Assembly: GCA_030390025.1 (NCBI GenBank)
Contig: CM059432.1
Span: 73,472,001-73,536,000, forward strand
Length of the DNA: 64,000 bases
Direction: 5' to 3'
Source: Squalus acanthias
Taxonomy: Eukaryota
The notes beneath the pieces are model-generated. The model did no database searches. It was given only the letters and a program-made list of their open reading frames with translations, and was not told the origin of the DNA. Made by a program: the position numbers and the translations under genes. Shown here in pieces: positions 11,910 to 24,800 of this stretch (position 1 is its first letter; each line of letters opens with the position of its first letter).

Positions 11910-12257
11910 AGGCCTAAATTCATTAGTGTCCCAAATTGGGTATGATTTTCAGCAGCGCGCAGCAACAGCACGTCAGAACGGAGAGGCCTGAGGACTGAAC
12001 TAAATTCGTCCTCGGTCTCATCATCGTAATTCAGGCATGCGGCCTCCAGGTGGCTAGGCAGCTCAAGGCCAGGAAATACATATTTAGGAGTCTGGGTCTG
12101 AAATAGGCGCAGGACACTCATTTCAATTTTTAAAATGAGGACTATGCTCATGTTAGGCAACGCTAGGCCTTGACCAATTTGGCTGGGCCCAAAAGCCTGT
12201 GCAAATCGGGCACAGGCCTTTGTCCTTCTTAAATTGGTTATCTTTGAATTTAGGCCC
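11910..12257. mobile_element. Harbinger-type MITE (decayed)
   Basis: Inverted termini GGCCTAAATTCA / TGAATTTAGGCC; TSD not clear. Confidence 0.6.
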
Positions 12258-12274
12258 CATTGGCCCAGTAATTG

Positions 12275-13369
12275 GCCCAGGGCAACATGGTGGCATAGTG
12301 GTTAGCACTGTTGGCTCACAGCGCCAGGGACCCGGGTTCAAATCCGGCCTCGGGTGACTGTCTGTGTGGAGTTTGCACATTCTCCCCGTGGCTGCGTGGG
12401 TTTCCTCCGGGTGCTCCGGTTTCCTCCCACAGTCCAAAGATGTGCGGGTTAGGTTGATTTGGCTATGATAAATTGACCCTTAGGGCTGGATTTTGTCTTG
12501 GGATCGGGTTGGGGTCGTGTCCTCCACATTTCGTGTTTCCCCCCCGACTCCAGATTAATGTGGATGAATGATGCAATTTTAACTTAATTGGGCAATTGAG
12601 TTCCAGCATGTGGGAACCCATGAACCAATTAGTGGTTTCAGCCTGAAACCCACCTCTGATGATGTCATCATTGCTGACTGCCTGCTCTCAGAGATTGTCT
12701 GGCTGAGGTGAGAGAGGACCTGCCTGGCTTTTGATGTGATTGGACCTGCATGGAAAATTGATATATTTGAGAGAGAGAGAGAGAGAATGAATTTTTTTCC
12801 ATCCAAGTCCTCTCGCAGCAAAGGCCAGGCAGTCTCTGAAGACATTCAATGGAGCAGCATCAGAGGCGACTTTCAGGCCTAATACTACTACTACCTTCAT
12901 CACATCTCCGTTGTAATAGCGGACCTGCAGCTGATAGTCAGCTATCCACTTGTGCTCCCGCCAGGTTTCACTGGAGTGTTTCACACCAGGCGTACTTCAT
13001 GTCAGAAAAGGGTTAAACTAGCTACAACGATTCAAAATAGCATTACAGACCCAATTTAGGGCTTGTTAAGGGCTGTAATGGCCTCTCCCGCCTCTTGGAG
13101 GCGGGACGGAGTCGGGAACCCCGTGACTGATTTTGTCAAAATTGCGTGGAGGCGGGATGGAGTCGGGATGGGGTCGGAAACCCCGACCCCACAAATTTAA
13201 CCCCCCACACGCCTCCAAACCCGACTCCATGGGTCATTCAAAATCCAGCCCTTAGTGTTAGGGGGGATTAAATACGTGGGGTTACGGGGATAGGGTGGGA
13301 TATGTGTCGGTGCAGGCTCGATGGGCCGAAATGGCCTCTATCTGCACTGTGGGGATTCTGTGATTCTGT
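12275..13369 (+). mobile_element. V-SINE (HE1-like) tRNA-derived SINE, split by a MITE
   Basis: A box TGGCATAGTGG, B box GGTTCAAATCC, V-core GTGGAGTTTGCACATTCTCCCCGTG...GGTTTCCTCCCACAGTCCAAAGA, CR1-like tail GGCTCGATGGGCCGAAATGGCC...(GATTCTGT)2; GTAATTG duplicated at 12268-12274 and 13370-13376. Confidence 0.9.
12483..13251. mobile_element. Harbinger-type MITE (family B)
   Basis: Perfect TIR GGGCTGGATTTT / AAAATCCAGCCC with TTA TSD; near-identical inverted copy at 51013-51779. Confidence 0.95.
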
Positions 13370-14939
13370 GTAATTGCTGGAAAAATAATGGCGAGTTCAT
13401 GGCGCCTGCCATTATTAGTGCATAAATAAACAACAATTTGTGGCAAAGAGATATGCCAGAAGTTTTGATTTGCCATAAATTGCTGTAACTTAGCCTTGCC
13501 TAAACCGAAAAAATTACCATCTTGCTATGACCCTCACCATTGTGTGTCATGAAATGACTGGATTTGCTCCATTAATATGAATTAATCTCACCACAGCCAT
13601 TTCGGACTGGTAATTCATGTCATATGGACCCTGTTACTGATGTGATTTATGGTCCTGACATGCCACTCAACCTTGAAACCCCCCAGAAAGGGAATAATGA
13701 AATTGTGGAGTATCTTTCCTGCAGGTAGTAAATTATTCCTAGATGTTTTTAAGGTTTAAATGAAACATTTTAAAATTTGTTTTTTACTTTTCCTTTCTGT
13801 CTCTTTTTTTTCTCTTTCCCTCTTAATCCACTCTCTTTGCTTCTCTCTCTTCATTTCTCTTTCTGTATTTAATTTGACTCTAATTCACCCTATTTCCTTC
13901 TCTGTCGTTCGTTCTGTTTCTTTCACTATTCTTAAATTTAATTCGTTAAGGAAATAAACTATTGGACCCGATGCTCATCAAGTCCCAGATGCCCCGTTGA
14001 TGTCGCCACGCTGTTATCAATTCGCATTTCCAGCAATTTGCGGAGCAAAATTAATACGACCATGAAGGGTAAGGAAAAAAAATTCCAATTCACGCCACTT
14101 GCCAAAAGATGCCCCGCTCCAGTAATTTCTGGGCCAATATGTCTTTGAGAAACACTAAATGAATTTGTTAGTTAATGGGAACGCTGTTGGATTGAATCAA
14201 ATTGATAAACACTGTTACAGAACAATTAGAATACCAAGGATAAAATCATCACTATTGTGGAGACAATGCCAGTGCTCAGACGATATTAGGGCATTCCATT
14301 TTCCACCCAGCTGCTGGACAGATACAGAATATCCAAAGTGAACTGCTTCTGTCCAGTCACAAGAGTGCTGAGATTTTCTGTTTCAGGCCATTAATATGGC
14401 ACAATGGCACCCCGAGTGCAGAACTACCCCCTGGCAGGCCTTAGCATTAATAGAAAGGACAAGAAATCGAAGTGTAGGCGCAAGCCTTTCAGGTCTGCGC
14501 TGTGTGTTGGGCCTTGGAGATCAGGATCTTCTGGCTGCTGATTGGGATCTGCAGCCACAAGGTTCAGATTAGATCTGAACATTGTGGGGTGGGGGTGTTT
14601 AGACATTTTAAAACTTCCTATGTTTCACCCATTAGCCTGCCCCGGGGAACCTCCAGTCAGCAGGGGTTTGAGGCTGGTAACACTATTATATTTCTATGGG
14701 CTCCCCATGCTGGAGCTCCCAACCAGCGATCCTTCGAGAAAATGAGAGAGGTGGCCAGGAACTCCCCTTCCTGCCTCATTAACATGGCTCTGATGGGCAT
14801 GTGTCTACTGCAAGCATAGGCCCAGCTGTATTTCACCCCGAAAAGCCAAACATCTGGGGCAAGGTAAATGGTGGGGGGAATCTCTGGCCCTTTCTCCTGA
14901 CTTTTGCCTCTGGGAAATGAGTGAGAGTTAGGAAAATCA

Positions 14940-15870
14940 TTATTTTTTTACATGAGGGATAGGACTAGGACATTCTGATCCCCTCTACAAAGGCTCGCAT
15001 TCCCAGGTCAACCCTGTGGCAGGCATGGAAGAACACTGCGGAGTGGGTCAATAGTGTCAGCCTGACCCCCAGGACATGACTTCAATGTTGAAAGTAATGT
15101 AATGACCTTATATGATTGGCCAAGGTAGGAATTATTTCTTGTCACTTCTCCTTTTCTGCATCACATCTTGCCACATCACTTATCTCCCACACCAGCCCAA
15201 GCAATCCCATCCCCCTCTGCATCTGTTTATACTCTAATGAGCAATGTAAACTAAGCCTTCTCTTCTCCTACTTGCAGCCTGAACTATCAGCCGCTACTGT
15301 TGACCTCATAGCATTAAAATGGCACATGCAACATATTGCTGTCACGTGGATGAACCAGGAAAGCTATGCACTCTTTCCTTGTCCTAGCTTCCACATATCA
15401 CCCTCCTGTCACTTTCCTGCTCTGTAACATCTTCCCATTTTGCTCACTATTTGCTCAATGTCAGACATCAGCATGCCTCACAACAAATCTTAAGCCTTAT
15501 ATGGAGCCACTCACTGGCACGCTCCCCTTCTTCTGCAGGACAAGATGGTGCACATTGCCAGGGAGCATGGGCAGGAACAGGCAGAGGGCTCGCTCACATC
15601 CAGGTCCTGTCTTCAATGGAGTAGGATGTCCTGGAAATTCAGGCCACAGGTCTCCCTCTTAGCATTGGAGATGGAGAGGTGGGAGTAGTAGGTCATCAGG
15701 GTCAGTGATTGGTTCTCTTCTCTTCTATTTGTGCTTGATGTGCATCACTTTCAGGGAGTTGCCCAAGTTGTGGTTGCCTCACCATTTCCAAATGTATGAG
15801 GCTCCCTAACCTGCCAATACTTGCTATTCATTCATCCTTTTTTCTGCTTCCAGGTCCCTCTGCAGAATTG
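14940..15870 (+). pseudogene. Decayed Harbinger Myb gene
   Basis: VNSVSLTPRT*LQC*K*CNDLI*LAK|GTAGG at ~15045-15125; acceptor CTTCTGCAG|GAC at ~15538 then DKMVHIAREH (exon 2 homolog). Confidence 0.65.
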
Positions 15871-17326
15871 GGCCTTTTAGAAGAAAGCAAGCTGAACCAG
15901 CATCAGCAGCCTGCACCCTCACCCCCTCAGATTTCAGCACGCACCTGCCCAGAGATCAACAGCCTTTAAACTAATAAAGGGGGCGTGGGAGGATTCAGGA
16001 AAGATTAAATTTAAAAGCAGCGAGAGAAATGTCAAGGCTTTAGAGCAGAGTAGAGTTTTGGGTAAAAATAAGCAGAGTGGGTCAGGAAGGGACAGAGAGA
16101 GAGTAACAAAGGTAATAAGGCATCAGTGACTAAGGTGACATCAGGGAAAAATAGAAAAGTCAAAGCTAAAGGCACTATATCTGAATGTGCGAAGCATTCG
16201 CAACAAAATAGATGAATTAATAGCGCAGATAGAAATTAATAGGTTTGATTTGCAAAGTGGCCAAGGTTGGGAACTAAATATTCCAGGATACTGAACTTTT
16301 AGAAGAGATAGGCAAAATGGAAAAGGAGGAGGGGTAGCCCTGATAATAAAGGGTGGGATAAAGACAGTAGCAAGAAAGGATCTTAGCTCCGAAAATCAAG
16401 AAGTAGAATCTGTTTGGGTGGAGCTAAGAAACAGCAAGGGGCAGAAAACATTGGTGGGAGTTGTTTATAGGCCCCCAAACAGTAGTTGTAATGTAGGGCA
16501 GAGTATAAATCAGGAAATTAGAGGCGCATGTAACAAGGGTAATACAGTAATCATGGGGGACTTTAATCTACATATAGACTGGGCAAACCAAATTTGCAGT
16601 AATAGTGTGGAGGATGAATTCATGGAATGTATGCAAGATAGTTTTCTAGATCAGTATTTTGAGGAACCAACTAGGGAACAGGCTATTCTAGATCTAGTAT
16701 TGTGCAAAGAGAAAGGGTTAATTAATATCCTTGCAGTAAAGGGGCCTTTAGGGAAGAGTGACCATAATATGATCGAATTTTATATTGAGTTTGAAAGTGA
16801 TTTAGTTAAATCCGAAACTAGGGTCTTAAATCTAAACAAAGCAAACTAGGTAGGTATGAGGGGCGAGTTGGCAAAGGTAGATTGGGAAACTACATTAAAA
16901 GGCATGATGGTAGACAAGCAATGGCTAGCATTTAAAGTATTAATACATAATTTACAACAAATATACATTCCTTTAAGGCACAAAAACTCCACAGGAAAAG
17001 TGATCCAACCGTGGCTAACAAGAGAAGATAAAGGTAGTATTAGATCAAAGGAAGAGGCTTATAATGTTGCCAAAAAGAGCAGTAAGCCTGAGGATTAGGA
17101 GGATTTTGGAATTCAGCAAAGGAGGACCAAGAAATTGATAAAGAAAGGGGGGACAATAGAATATGAGAGTAAACTTGCGAGAGACATAAAAACAGACTGT
17201 AGAAGCTTCTATAGGTATGTAAAAAGGTAAAGATTAGCGAAAGTAAATATGGGTCCCTTACAGGCTGAGACAGGAGAAATTATAATGGGGAACAAGGAAA
17301 TGGCAGAGAAATTAAACAAATACTTT
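15870..17326 (+). mobile_element. CR1 LINE fragment (ORF1 end plus APE endonuclease region of ORF2)
   Basis: LYLNVRSIRNK, VGVVYRPPNS, IMGDFNL, PTREQAILDLV and SDHNMI motifs; several stops; truncated by a Harbinger end at 17327. Confidence 0.92.
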
Positions 17327-20300
17327 GGGCTCGATTTTAATAGCCCTGAGGAGGCGGGTTTGGAGGCAGGTTTGTAGCAAAAATTGGAAAAAATGGCTTC
17401 AGACACCTAACCCGCCTCCATCCTGTCCCCACCCAATTTTCGTGAATGTCTGTTTAGCCGCTCCCAAACTGACCTGCCTGGAACCGGTGGGACAGATAGT
17501 TAAGGCAGTTAACAGCCTGTTAACTGCCTTGCTAATCCTATTTTGATAGTGGTTTCCTATTTTCATGCTTCTGGCTCCTGTTTCCCGACTTGTCAGAAAC
17601 AGGCCAGGCTCAAGGAGATGAGTTGCTGGAGACATGATTTGTATGCATTGGTGGAGCACTTTAAAAGCATCCCTGAAACATGGCTGACATTCAAATGCAA
17701 CAACTTTGCAGTTGTAAGTATGGGATAAGATTTTGCATCTCTACTGACCTTGTGAGTGTTCAAGCTGACACCCATCTGCAGTGTGACCTGAATGGAATAA
17801 TTTCAGGCCACTTCGACTGTGCACTCGCAAGCTTGTTGCCTCAAATGAAATCTAAAGCAAGGGGATGGGAAAAATTTATGTCCTCTCATCCTGGTCCTCG
17901 GAGGAGCAGCAACCGCATGGTTCAGCGCAGATCTTCCTGGGAAGAGGAGGAGGAAGACGAGGGGCGCCTTGCATGGCCTGTTGTTACCAATGCAGCATCC
18001 CTCCAGTTCACTGCTGCCCGTCAAGCAGGGTATGCACACTGCCATGCAACATTCGCATAAGCTTACTCTTCAACCATAGGTGGCTACCATATGGCTCTGT
18101 AATTGCAGGCAACATTTGTCCAACGTCACACTTCATCTCTGCTATACCCTGTTATTTCCTATCACTTTCACCATCAGCATTACAAAAGCAAGTCACCCTA
18201 AGTCCTCAATGCGCTTTTGCCATTTCCCAGAACACATAGGCCACACAATCAACTGTTTGCCATAATTTTTCTTTTACACATGACAAAAGGATAATAAACC
18301 AACAACAGTCAAAAAAAAAGACAAAACACCCAAGTGCGTCCCCTTGTGACTATAATCTTTCTCTTACGCGTGCTTCTACGTGGTGCTTCCCCTGTGGCTT
18401 CAGCAGATGTAGAGGCACCTTGCTGACTAGGATGCTGCGCTTGCTTAGACGCCTTTGGCGGGCATCTCTGGGTTTGGGAGCTCTTCAACAGTCTGCTCTT
18501 CCTGCAGCTGTGCAGAGGCTGAAACAGCCATTTCAGTTGTCTCTGACCGAGGGCTCCGAAGTGGCATGGTCGTGTAAGCGCTTTGAGAGGAGCCCACACT
18601 TCCTTCTGTCCTGCCGACAACATCCCTCTCATGGGTCAGCCGCACCTCAGTGCTGGCAAGTGGCTGGAGAGCACCTTGATGCACATCAGGGGGACCATGC
18701 AGACCCGTATCTGCACTGGCAGTCCTCATCACAAGAACATCCATGAAACTCTGGTCTCTCTGCTCAATAGCTGCCCATCTCTCCTCCAGAGATGTCAGTC
18801 TATTCTGAACAGTCACCATGTTTTCCTGACTCTGGAGACTTATTTCCTCCATGGCGGTAGCCATCCTTTCCACGGAGGTAGCCAACCTTTCCATGGAGGT
18901 TGACATCCTATCCATGGAGGTTGCCATCCTATCCATGCTGGTGCGTTCATGCGCCATTGCCTCCACCACGGCAGTGCTGATGTTAGAGATGGACTCCGCC
19001 ATTCTATCCACACTCGCACTAACCCTGGAGGCATACCCTTCCAGAGACTCCTGCACTTGTTCCTGTATTTCCCGAGATGCTCTTTTTCTGGATGGCCCCA
19101 GAGACACAGTGTCTGCATGCAGCTCAGCAGAGCTAGGAGATTGCTGCGACCTCCGCCGAGGACTCTCCACTGTTGTCGCTGTCTCCACCATCTGCTGATG
19201 CTCACTTGTGTGCTGTGATAGACCAGGTGGCAACACTAATCTAACTCGCGCGGGCCCCACCGAGGTGTGCGTTGCTGCACTGGTGCTGGGTGCGCTGAGT
19301 CCTGGTGACGCTGCTCCCTCAGAGGTTTCAGGTTCCTCTGAGGAGTTGTCCGGCTGTTCGTCCTATATCGTGGGTAGGGGGTCGCTCGATGGTCCTGTGG
19401 GAGAGTAAAGGCATGATTTAGACATCTGATATTGATGTGGCAGACACATCCTTTTGAGCAGATGTTACAACGCGATTCTCTATGAAAATCATATGCCATT
19501 GCAGTCTGAGAGGGATGAAACTCTATTATGTCACCAGCTTCCTCTAGTGTGCCCGTGTCTCCATCGCCCACTTCCAGGTCCTCGCCACATCCAACAATCT
19601 CGGATGCAGCCTCCTCAGCACTGGTCAATGTTGCAAGGGTAGGTGTTCCTCCTCCAGTCGGTGCTCTCTCCCTCTTATTGTGGGCTATCTTTTCCTGCAA
19701 GGAGGGACACAAGTGGTGTTTCAGCCACAGTGATGGAGTGAGTGTGATTAATCCCTACCATAGAAGCTTTGAGGGAGACGAAGATGGGGTAAGGTGCCAA
19801 GAGGAAGCTAGCTCCCTGTGCGTTGTTAGTTGTTGTCACTGCATGACAGTGAGAGCGAGTCTAAGGGGTGCATAGGCAGGATGCTGAAGTGATTCAGTGC
19901 AGAGACAGAGATGGATAGGTAAGAGTGCAAGGGAAGTAAGGGTAACGTGGTATGTGAAGGAGGAGGCTTACAATGCAGAGTGCTTGTGATGAGAAGAGAA
20001 GGGAAGCAGATTCAAAGTAAGTGTGATGGGATACTCACTTTTGATGTTCGCACAAGATCATTAAACCTTTTTCGGCACTGGATCCATGAGCGTGTACATA
20101 TGGACCTTGCGCTGACCTCCTCAGCAATGTGCAGCCAGGCTGCCTTGGTCTGCTGAGGAGGCTTCCTCCGGCCATCAGGAGGGAAGAGAATCTCCTTGCG
20201 TCCGCTGACAGAATCGACAAGAACTTGGAGGGACTCATCATTAAATCGAGGAGCTGCCTTGCCTCTACTATTGAGTAGCATCTGGGTGACTTTAATTTGA

Positions 20301-20400
20301 GTGGAATTTGTTAACGTAATAAAGAAAATCAGACTCTCACAAATGTCAATTTGTGCAGATTGGTCCATTAAGAGCTGTAAGACCTTCATTGTGTAATGGC
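17327..20400. mobile_element. Decayed Harbinger element (transposase remnants ~17580-18060 +, Myb gene -)
   Basis: Left terminus GGGCTCGATTTT; acidic transposase tail EEEEEDEG; convergent Myb gene; right end not identified. Confidence 0.78.
18309..20281 (-). pseudogene. Harbinger Myb gene, 3 exons (20281-20039, 19694-19535, 19394-~18310), with premature stop and late frameshift
   Basis: AAPRFNDESLQVLV...AWLHIAEEV...QCRKRFNDLVRTSK|GTGAGT; exon 2 EKIAHNKRER..TGGG; in-frame TAG at 19365-19363; basic tail PRRSTRKRK in another frame. Confidence 0.88.
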
Positions 20401-20439
20401 ATTTGTATGTCTTATGCAGTGATTAAATTTGTTTGAGAA

Positions 20440-21390
20440 GAGTGGGTTTCGGGGTGGAGGGTGGGCTGCAGTTCAATGGAATTTCTGTTTGATCACTTGT
20501 TCTCGGACTGCTCGTGCTACACGCTACTGCTGGTCTGCAGTTTCCCCTTCTCCTTCCAACTCCTTCTCGTCGGAGTCCTGCAAGCCTTCCTGCTGCGCCA
20601 TTTCCAGGATATGTCCACATTCAGTGGCGAAATTATGCAGCATGCCACCACCATACATGACATTCTTGATGGCCTGTATTGCAGTGATTCCTCTGACCGA
20701 ACCAAGCATCTAAAGTATTGCATCAGTATTAAAAAGACCTGCTCAATGATGGCACGAGTACTCCCATGATGACTATTCATCTTTAGGATGAGACATTAAA
20801 CCGAGATCCCGTCTGCCCTCTCAGATGGACATAAAATATCTCAAAGAAGAGCAAGGGAGTTCTCCCCGATGTCCTGGCCTATATTTATCTTTCAACCAAC
20901 ATAACTAGAATGGATTATCTGGTCATTATCACATTGCTGTTTGTGGGATCTTGTTGTGTGCAAATTGGCTGCTGCGTTTCCTACATTGCAACAGTGACTA
21001 CACTCCAAAAGTACTTCATTGGCTGTAAAGCACTTTGGGAAGTACTGAGGTCATGAAAGGCGTTATATAAATGCAAGTCTTTCTTTCTTTTATTCTTGTA
21101 GCGTTGTTCAGGAGGATACTGCAGACATCAAAATGGTATCATGAGCCATGTAGATAAAGCATAGCCCTTGTCACCAAGATGCCATCCACACACTTGCTGG
21201 TCTTGCTGGAAAAGTGCAGGCACAGTGGACTGTCGTAGTATGGCAGCATCATGGCACCACCCTAGAAAGAGCACACACACATTTCACACAGTTCTGAGGG
21301 AAAATTCTGCGACTACCTGCACATTTGTTGAATGGAAGCCCATCCTGTTGAGGAAGGCCACAAGCTCATGTGCTCCTATTCTTTCCATTA
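20440..21390 (-). pseudogene. Harbinger transposase remnant split by a Deu-SINE
   Basis: FLNRMGFHSTNVQVV...[13 protein letters not shown]...[16 protein letters not shown] (21100-21390) continues as STRAIIEQ...FRCL...ACCI (20440-20780). Confidence 0.85.
20782..21092 (+). mobile_element. Deu-domain SINE, 5'-truncated
   Basis: Same core as 10350-10740; tail GGCGTTATATAAATGCAAGT(CTTT)n. Confidence 0.8.
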
Positions 21391-21559
21391 CTTGCTCAGC
21401 GTCCATTTTCCTCACACCTTCTGTGAAGCACTTTGTGATTTATTTTATTTTAATTGTGCTAAATAAATGCAAGTCATTGTTGTTATACTTGCCCATTCTT
21501 TGCCAGCCCACAGTTTATTATCATTTAACTTGCTGAGTTGGTATAACGATTCAGTGAAC

Positions 21560-21800
21560 CATAAACTTTAAAAGGATCCAAAGTATGCACAAGGTCAACC
21601 TTAAAAGGAACCCAAAATTATGATAGGGGACACCGTCGTAATATGCAGTTGGACTAGGAAATCAACAGCTATATCAAAAAGGCCTATGCGGCCTATATCT
21701 TCATATCCTCACTACATTTTAATAAGCTGTAAAGGTTATATGCTTTACAATCAGGACAGGAAGCAGCTAGAAAGATTCCACCAAAGGTAAATATGATTTG
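21560..21800 (+). mobile_element. RTE-clade LINE remnant (upstream half)
   Basis: LD*EINSYIKKAYAAY and RKQLERFHQR resemble RTE ORF motifs; continues after the CR1 at ~26134. Confidence 0.6.
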
Positions 21801-24800
21801 TCATGAGTCATAGAGTCCTAGGCACAGAAGGAGGCCATTCGGCCCATCGAGTCCGTGCCAGCCATCTGTAGAGCAATCCAGTCAATCCCATTCCCCCGCT
21901 CTATCCCCGTAGCCCTGCAAGTTTATTTCCCTCAAGTGCCTATCCAGTCTCCCCTTGAAAACATTGAGTGTCTCCCTTCCACCACTTCCGTCGGCAGCGA
22001 GTTCCAAGTCCTCACCACTCGTTGTGTAAAAAAGTTTAAATCTGTGTCCCCTAGTCCTTGTACCATCAACTAGTGGAAACAGCCTTTCCCCGTCTAGCCT
22101 ATCCAAACCCGTCATAATCTTATACACCTCTATCAAATCACCCCTCGACCTTCTTTGCTCTAATGAAAACAAATCTAGCTTCTCCAACCTGTCCTTGTAG
22201 CTAAGATCCCCCATCCCCGGAACCATTCTGGTAAATCTCCTCTGCACCCTCTCAAGGGCCTTCTCATCCTTCCTAAAGTGTGGTGACCAGAACTGGACGC
22301 AACACTCCAGTTGTGGCCTAACCAGCGCTTTATAAAGGTTCAGCATAACTTCTCTACCTTTGTACTCAATACCTCTATTTATGAAGCTCAAGATCCCATA
22401 TGCTTTGCTAACCATTCTCTCAATATGTCCTGCCACCTTCAGGGACCTATGCACATTAACTCCCAGGTCCCTCTGTCCCTGCACACTCTTTAAAACTGTG
22501 CCATTAAGTGTATATTGCCTCTCCCTGTTCCTTCTGCCAAAATGCATCACCTCATACTTCTCTGTATTAAATTCTATCTGCCACTTGTCTGCCCATTCTG
22601 CTAGCCTTTCTATGTCCTATTGCAGTCGATTGGTATCATCCTCACTGTTTGTCACACCCCTAAGTTTGGTGTCATCGGCAAATTTAGAAATTCTACTCTG
22701 TATTCCAATATCCAGGTCATTTATATATATCAAAAAAAGCAGTGGCCCCAGCACTAACCCTTGGGGAGCACCACTGCCTACCATCCTCCAGTCTGAAAAA
22801 CAGCTATTTACCACAACTCGCTGTTTTCTATCCTTAAGCCAATTCCTTATCCAAGCTGCCTCTGACCCACCTATTCCATGAGCCTCAATTTTGTTAACCA
22901 GCCTTCTATGTGGTACTTTGTCAAACGCCTTCCGAAAATCCATGTAGACAACATCCATTGCATTCGCTTCATCAATCCTCTCTGTTACTTCATCAAAAAA
23001 TTAAATTAAATTAGTCAAACACAATCTGCCTTTTACAAATCTGTGTTGGCTCTCCTTAATTAGCTTAAACCTTTCCAAGTGCCCGTTAATTTTTTGCTTG
23101 ATTATTGTTTCTAAAACTTTAACCACCACTGATGTTAAACTGACCGGCCTGTAGTTACTAGGATTGTCCTTACACCCTTTCTTGAACAATGGTGTCACTT
23201 TCCAATCCTCAGGCACCTCCCCCATATCTAGGGAAGATTGGAAAATTATGGCAAGCCCTTCCACTATCTCCTCCCCTAATTCCCTTAGCAACCTGGGATG
23301 CAAGCCATCTGGACCAGGCGACTTATCCACTCTAAGCATACCCAGCCTTTCTAATACATCCTGTCTATCAATTTTCACCCCTTCCATTGCATCTACCTTT
23401 TCTGCTTCTACTGATATTTTGTCAGCATCCACCTCCTTAGTAAACACCGATACAAAGTACTCATTGAGTATTCTAGCCTTGCCCTGTGCCTCTAAGCATA
23501 TATCACCTTCTTTATCTCTAATAGGCCCTACCCCGCCTCTTACTACCCGCTTACTGTTTATATGCCGGTAGAAGATTTTTGGGTTCCCTTTTATGTTAAC
23601 CACCATTCTACTCTCATATTCTCTCTTTGCCAATCTTATTTTCATCTTCACTTCCCCTCTCAACTTATTGTATTTGGTCTGGTTCTCCCTTGAAGAATTC
23701 ACCTGACATGCATAATTTTTTTGTTTCATCATCTTCTCTATCTCCCTCGTCATCAAGGAGCCCTTGCTTTGGTTCCCTTACCCGTCCCGCTTGTTGGAAA
23801 GTAACTAGCCTGAACTTGGAACATCTCTTCTTTAAAGATCACCCATTGTTCCGTTAGAGTTTTACCCTGGCTAGATCCTTTCGCATCCCATTGAAGTTAG
23901 CCCTATTCCAGTTTAGAAGTTCCACTCTAGATTGTTCCTTGCTCCTCTCCATTGCTAATCTAAATCTTATGATACAATGGTCACTCATACCCAAGTGTTC
24001 TCCCACAGACACCTGGCCCACCTCATTCCCCAGCACCAGATCCAGCAATGCCTCCTTCCTAGTTGGGCCAAGAACATATTGGTCAAGGAAATTCTCCTGA
24101 TCACATTTCAGAAATTCCTCCCCCTCCTTTCCCTTTACCCTTGCATTATCCCAATCGAAATTGGGTAATTAAAGTCCCCCAATATCACCACTCTATAGCT
24201 CTTGCATATCTCTGCGATTTGCCTGCAGATTTGCTCCTCTACCTCCCTCTCACTATTTGAAGGCCTATAGAATACCCCCAATAGCGTGATCCTACCCTTT
24301 TTGCTCCTCAACTCTAACCAAATGGATTCTGTCCTTGTCCCCTCAAGAACATCCTCCCTTTCCAACACTACAATGTCGTCCTTAATCAGCACTGCCACCC
24401 CACCTCCCTTTTTTCCTTCCCTATCTTTTCTGTACACCTTGTACCCTTGAATATTAAGTGCCCAATCCTCACTGTTTTTAAGCCACGTTTCCGTTATTGC
24501 CACAACATATTGCCACACGGCTAATTATGCTTGTAGCTCACCAACTTTATTCACCACATTTGTGCATTTACGTACATGCATTCTAAACCCATTTTTGAAT
24601 TTTTCATAGTCTTTCTTAGTCTGCTCCTAACTAATATGGTATTACTTCTGCCTCAAGTACTATTTTCTTCTCTAGTACTATCCAACACACTCACTCTTTT
24701 ATGCACCTTTTTCTCTTTTCTACTCCTATATGCTGGTGCCCATCCCCCTGCCAAGCTAGTTTAAACTCTCCCCAACAACACTAGCAAACCTCCCCGCGAG

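Larger units (their letters stand above)
12262..14135. mobile_element. Harbinger-type MITE hosting a nested SINE and MITE
   Basis: Removing the SINE restores left TIR GGCCCAGTAATTGCTGG, matching right end CCAGTAATTTCTGGGCC; flanks ATT/AAT. Confidence 0.72.

Noticed and set aside
12280..12350. tRNA gene (also 10350-10420 and 47520-47577)
   Set aside because: The A/B boxes are SINE heads followed by SINE cores; no complete cloverleaf.
12688..12984. ORF MKHSSETWREHKW repeated at 51280-51585
   Set aside because: Explained by two recent copies of one MITE; GTG start, and the frames diverge after the microsatellite.
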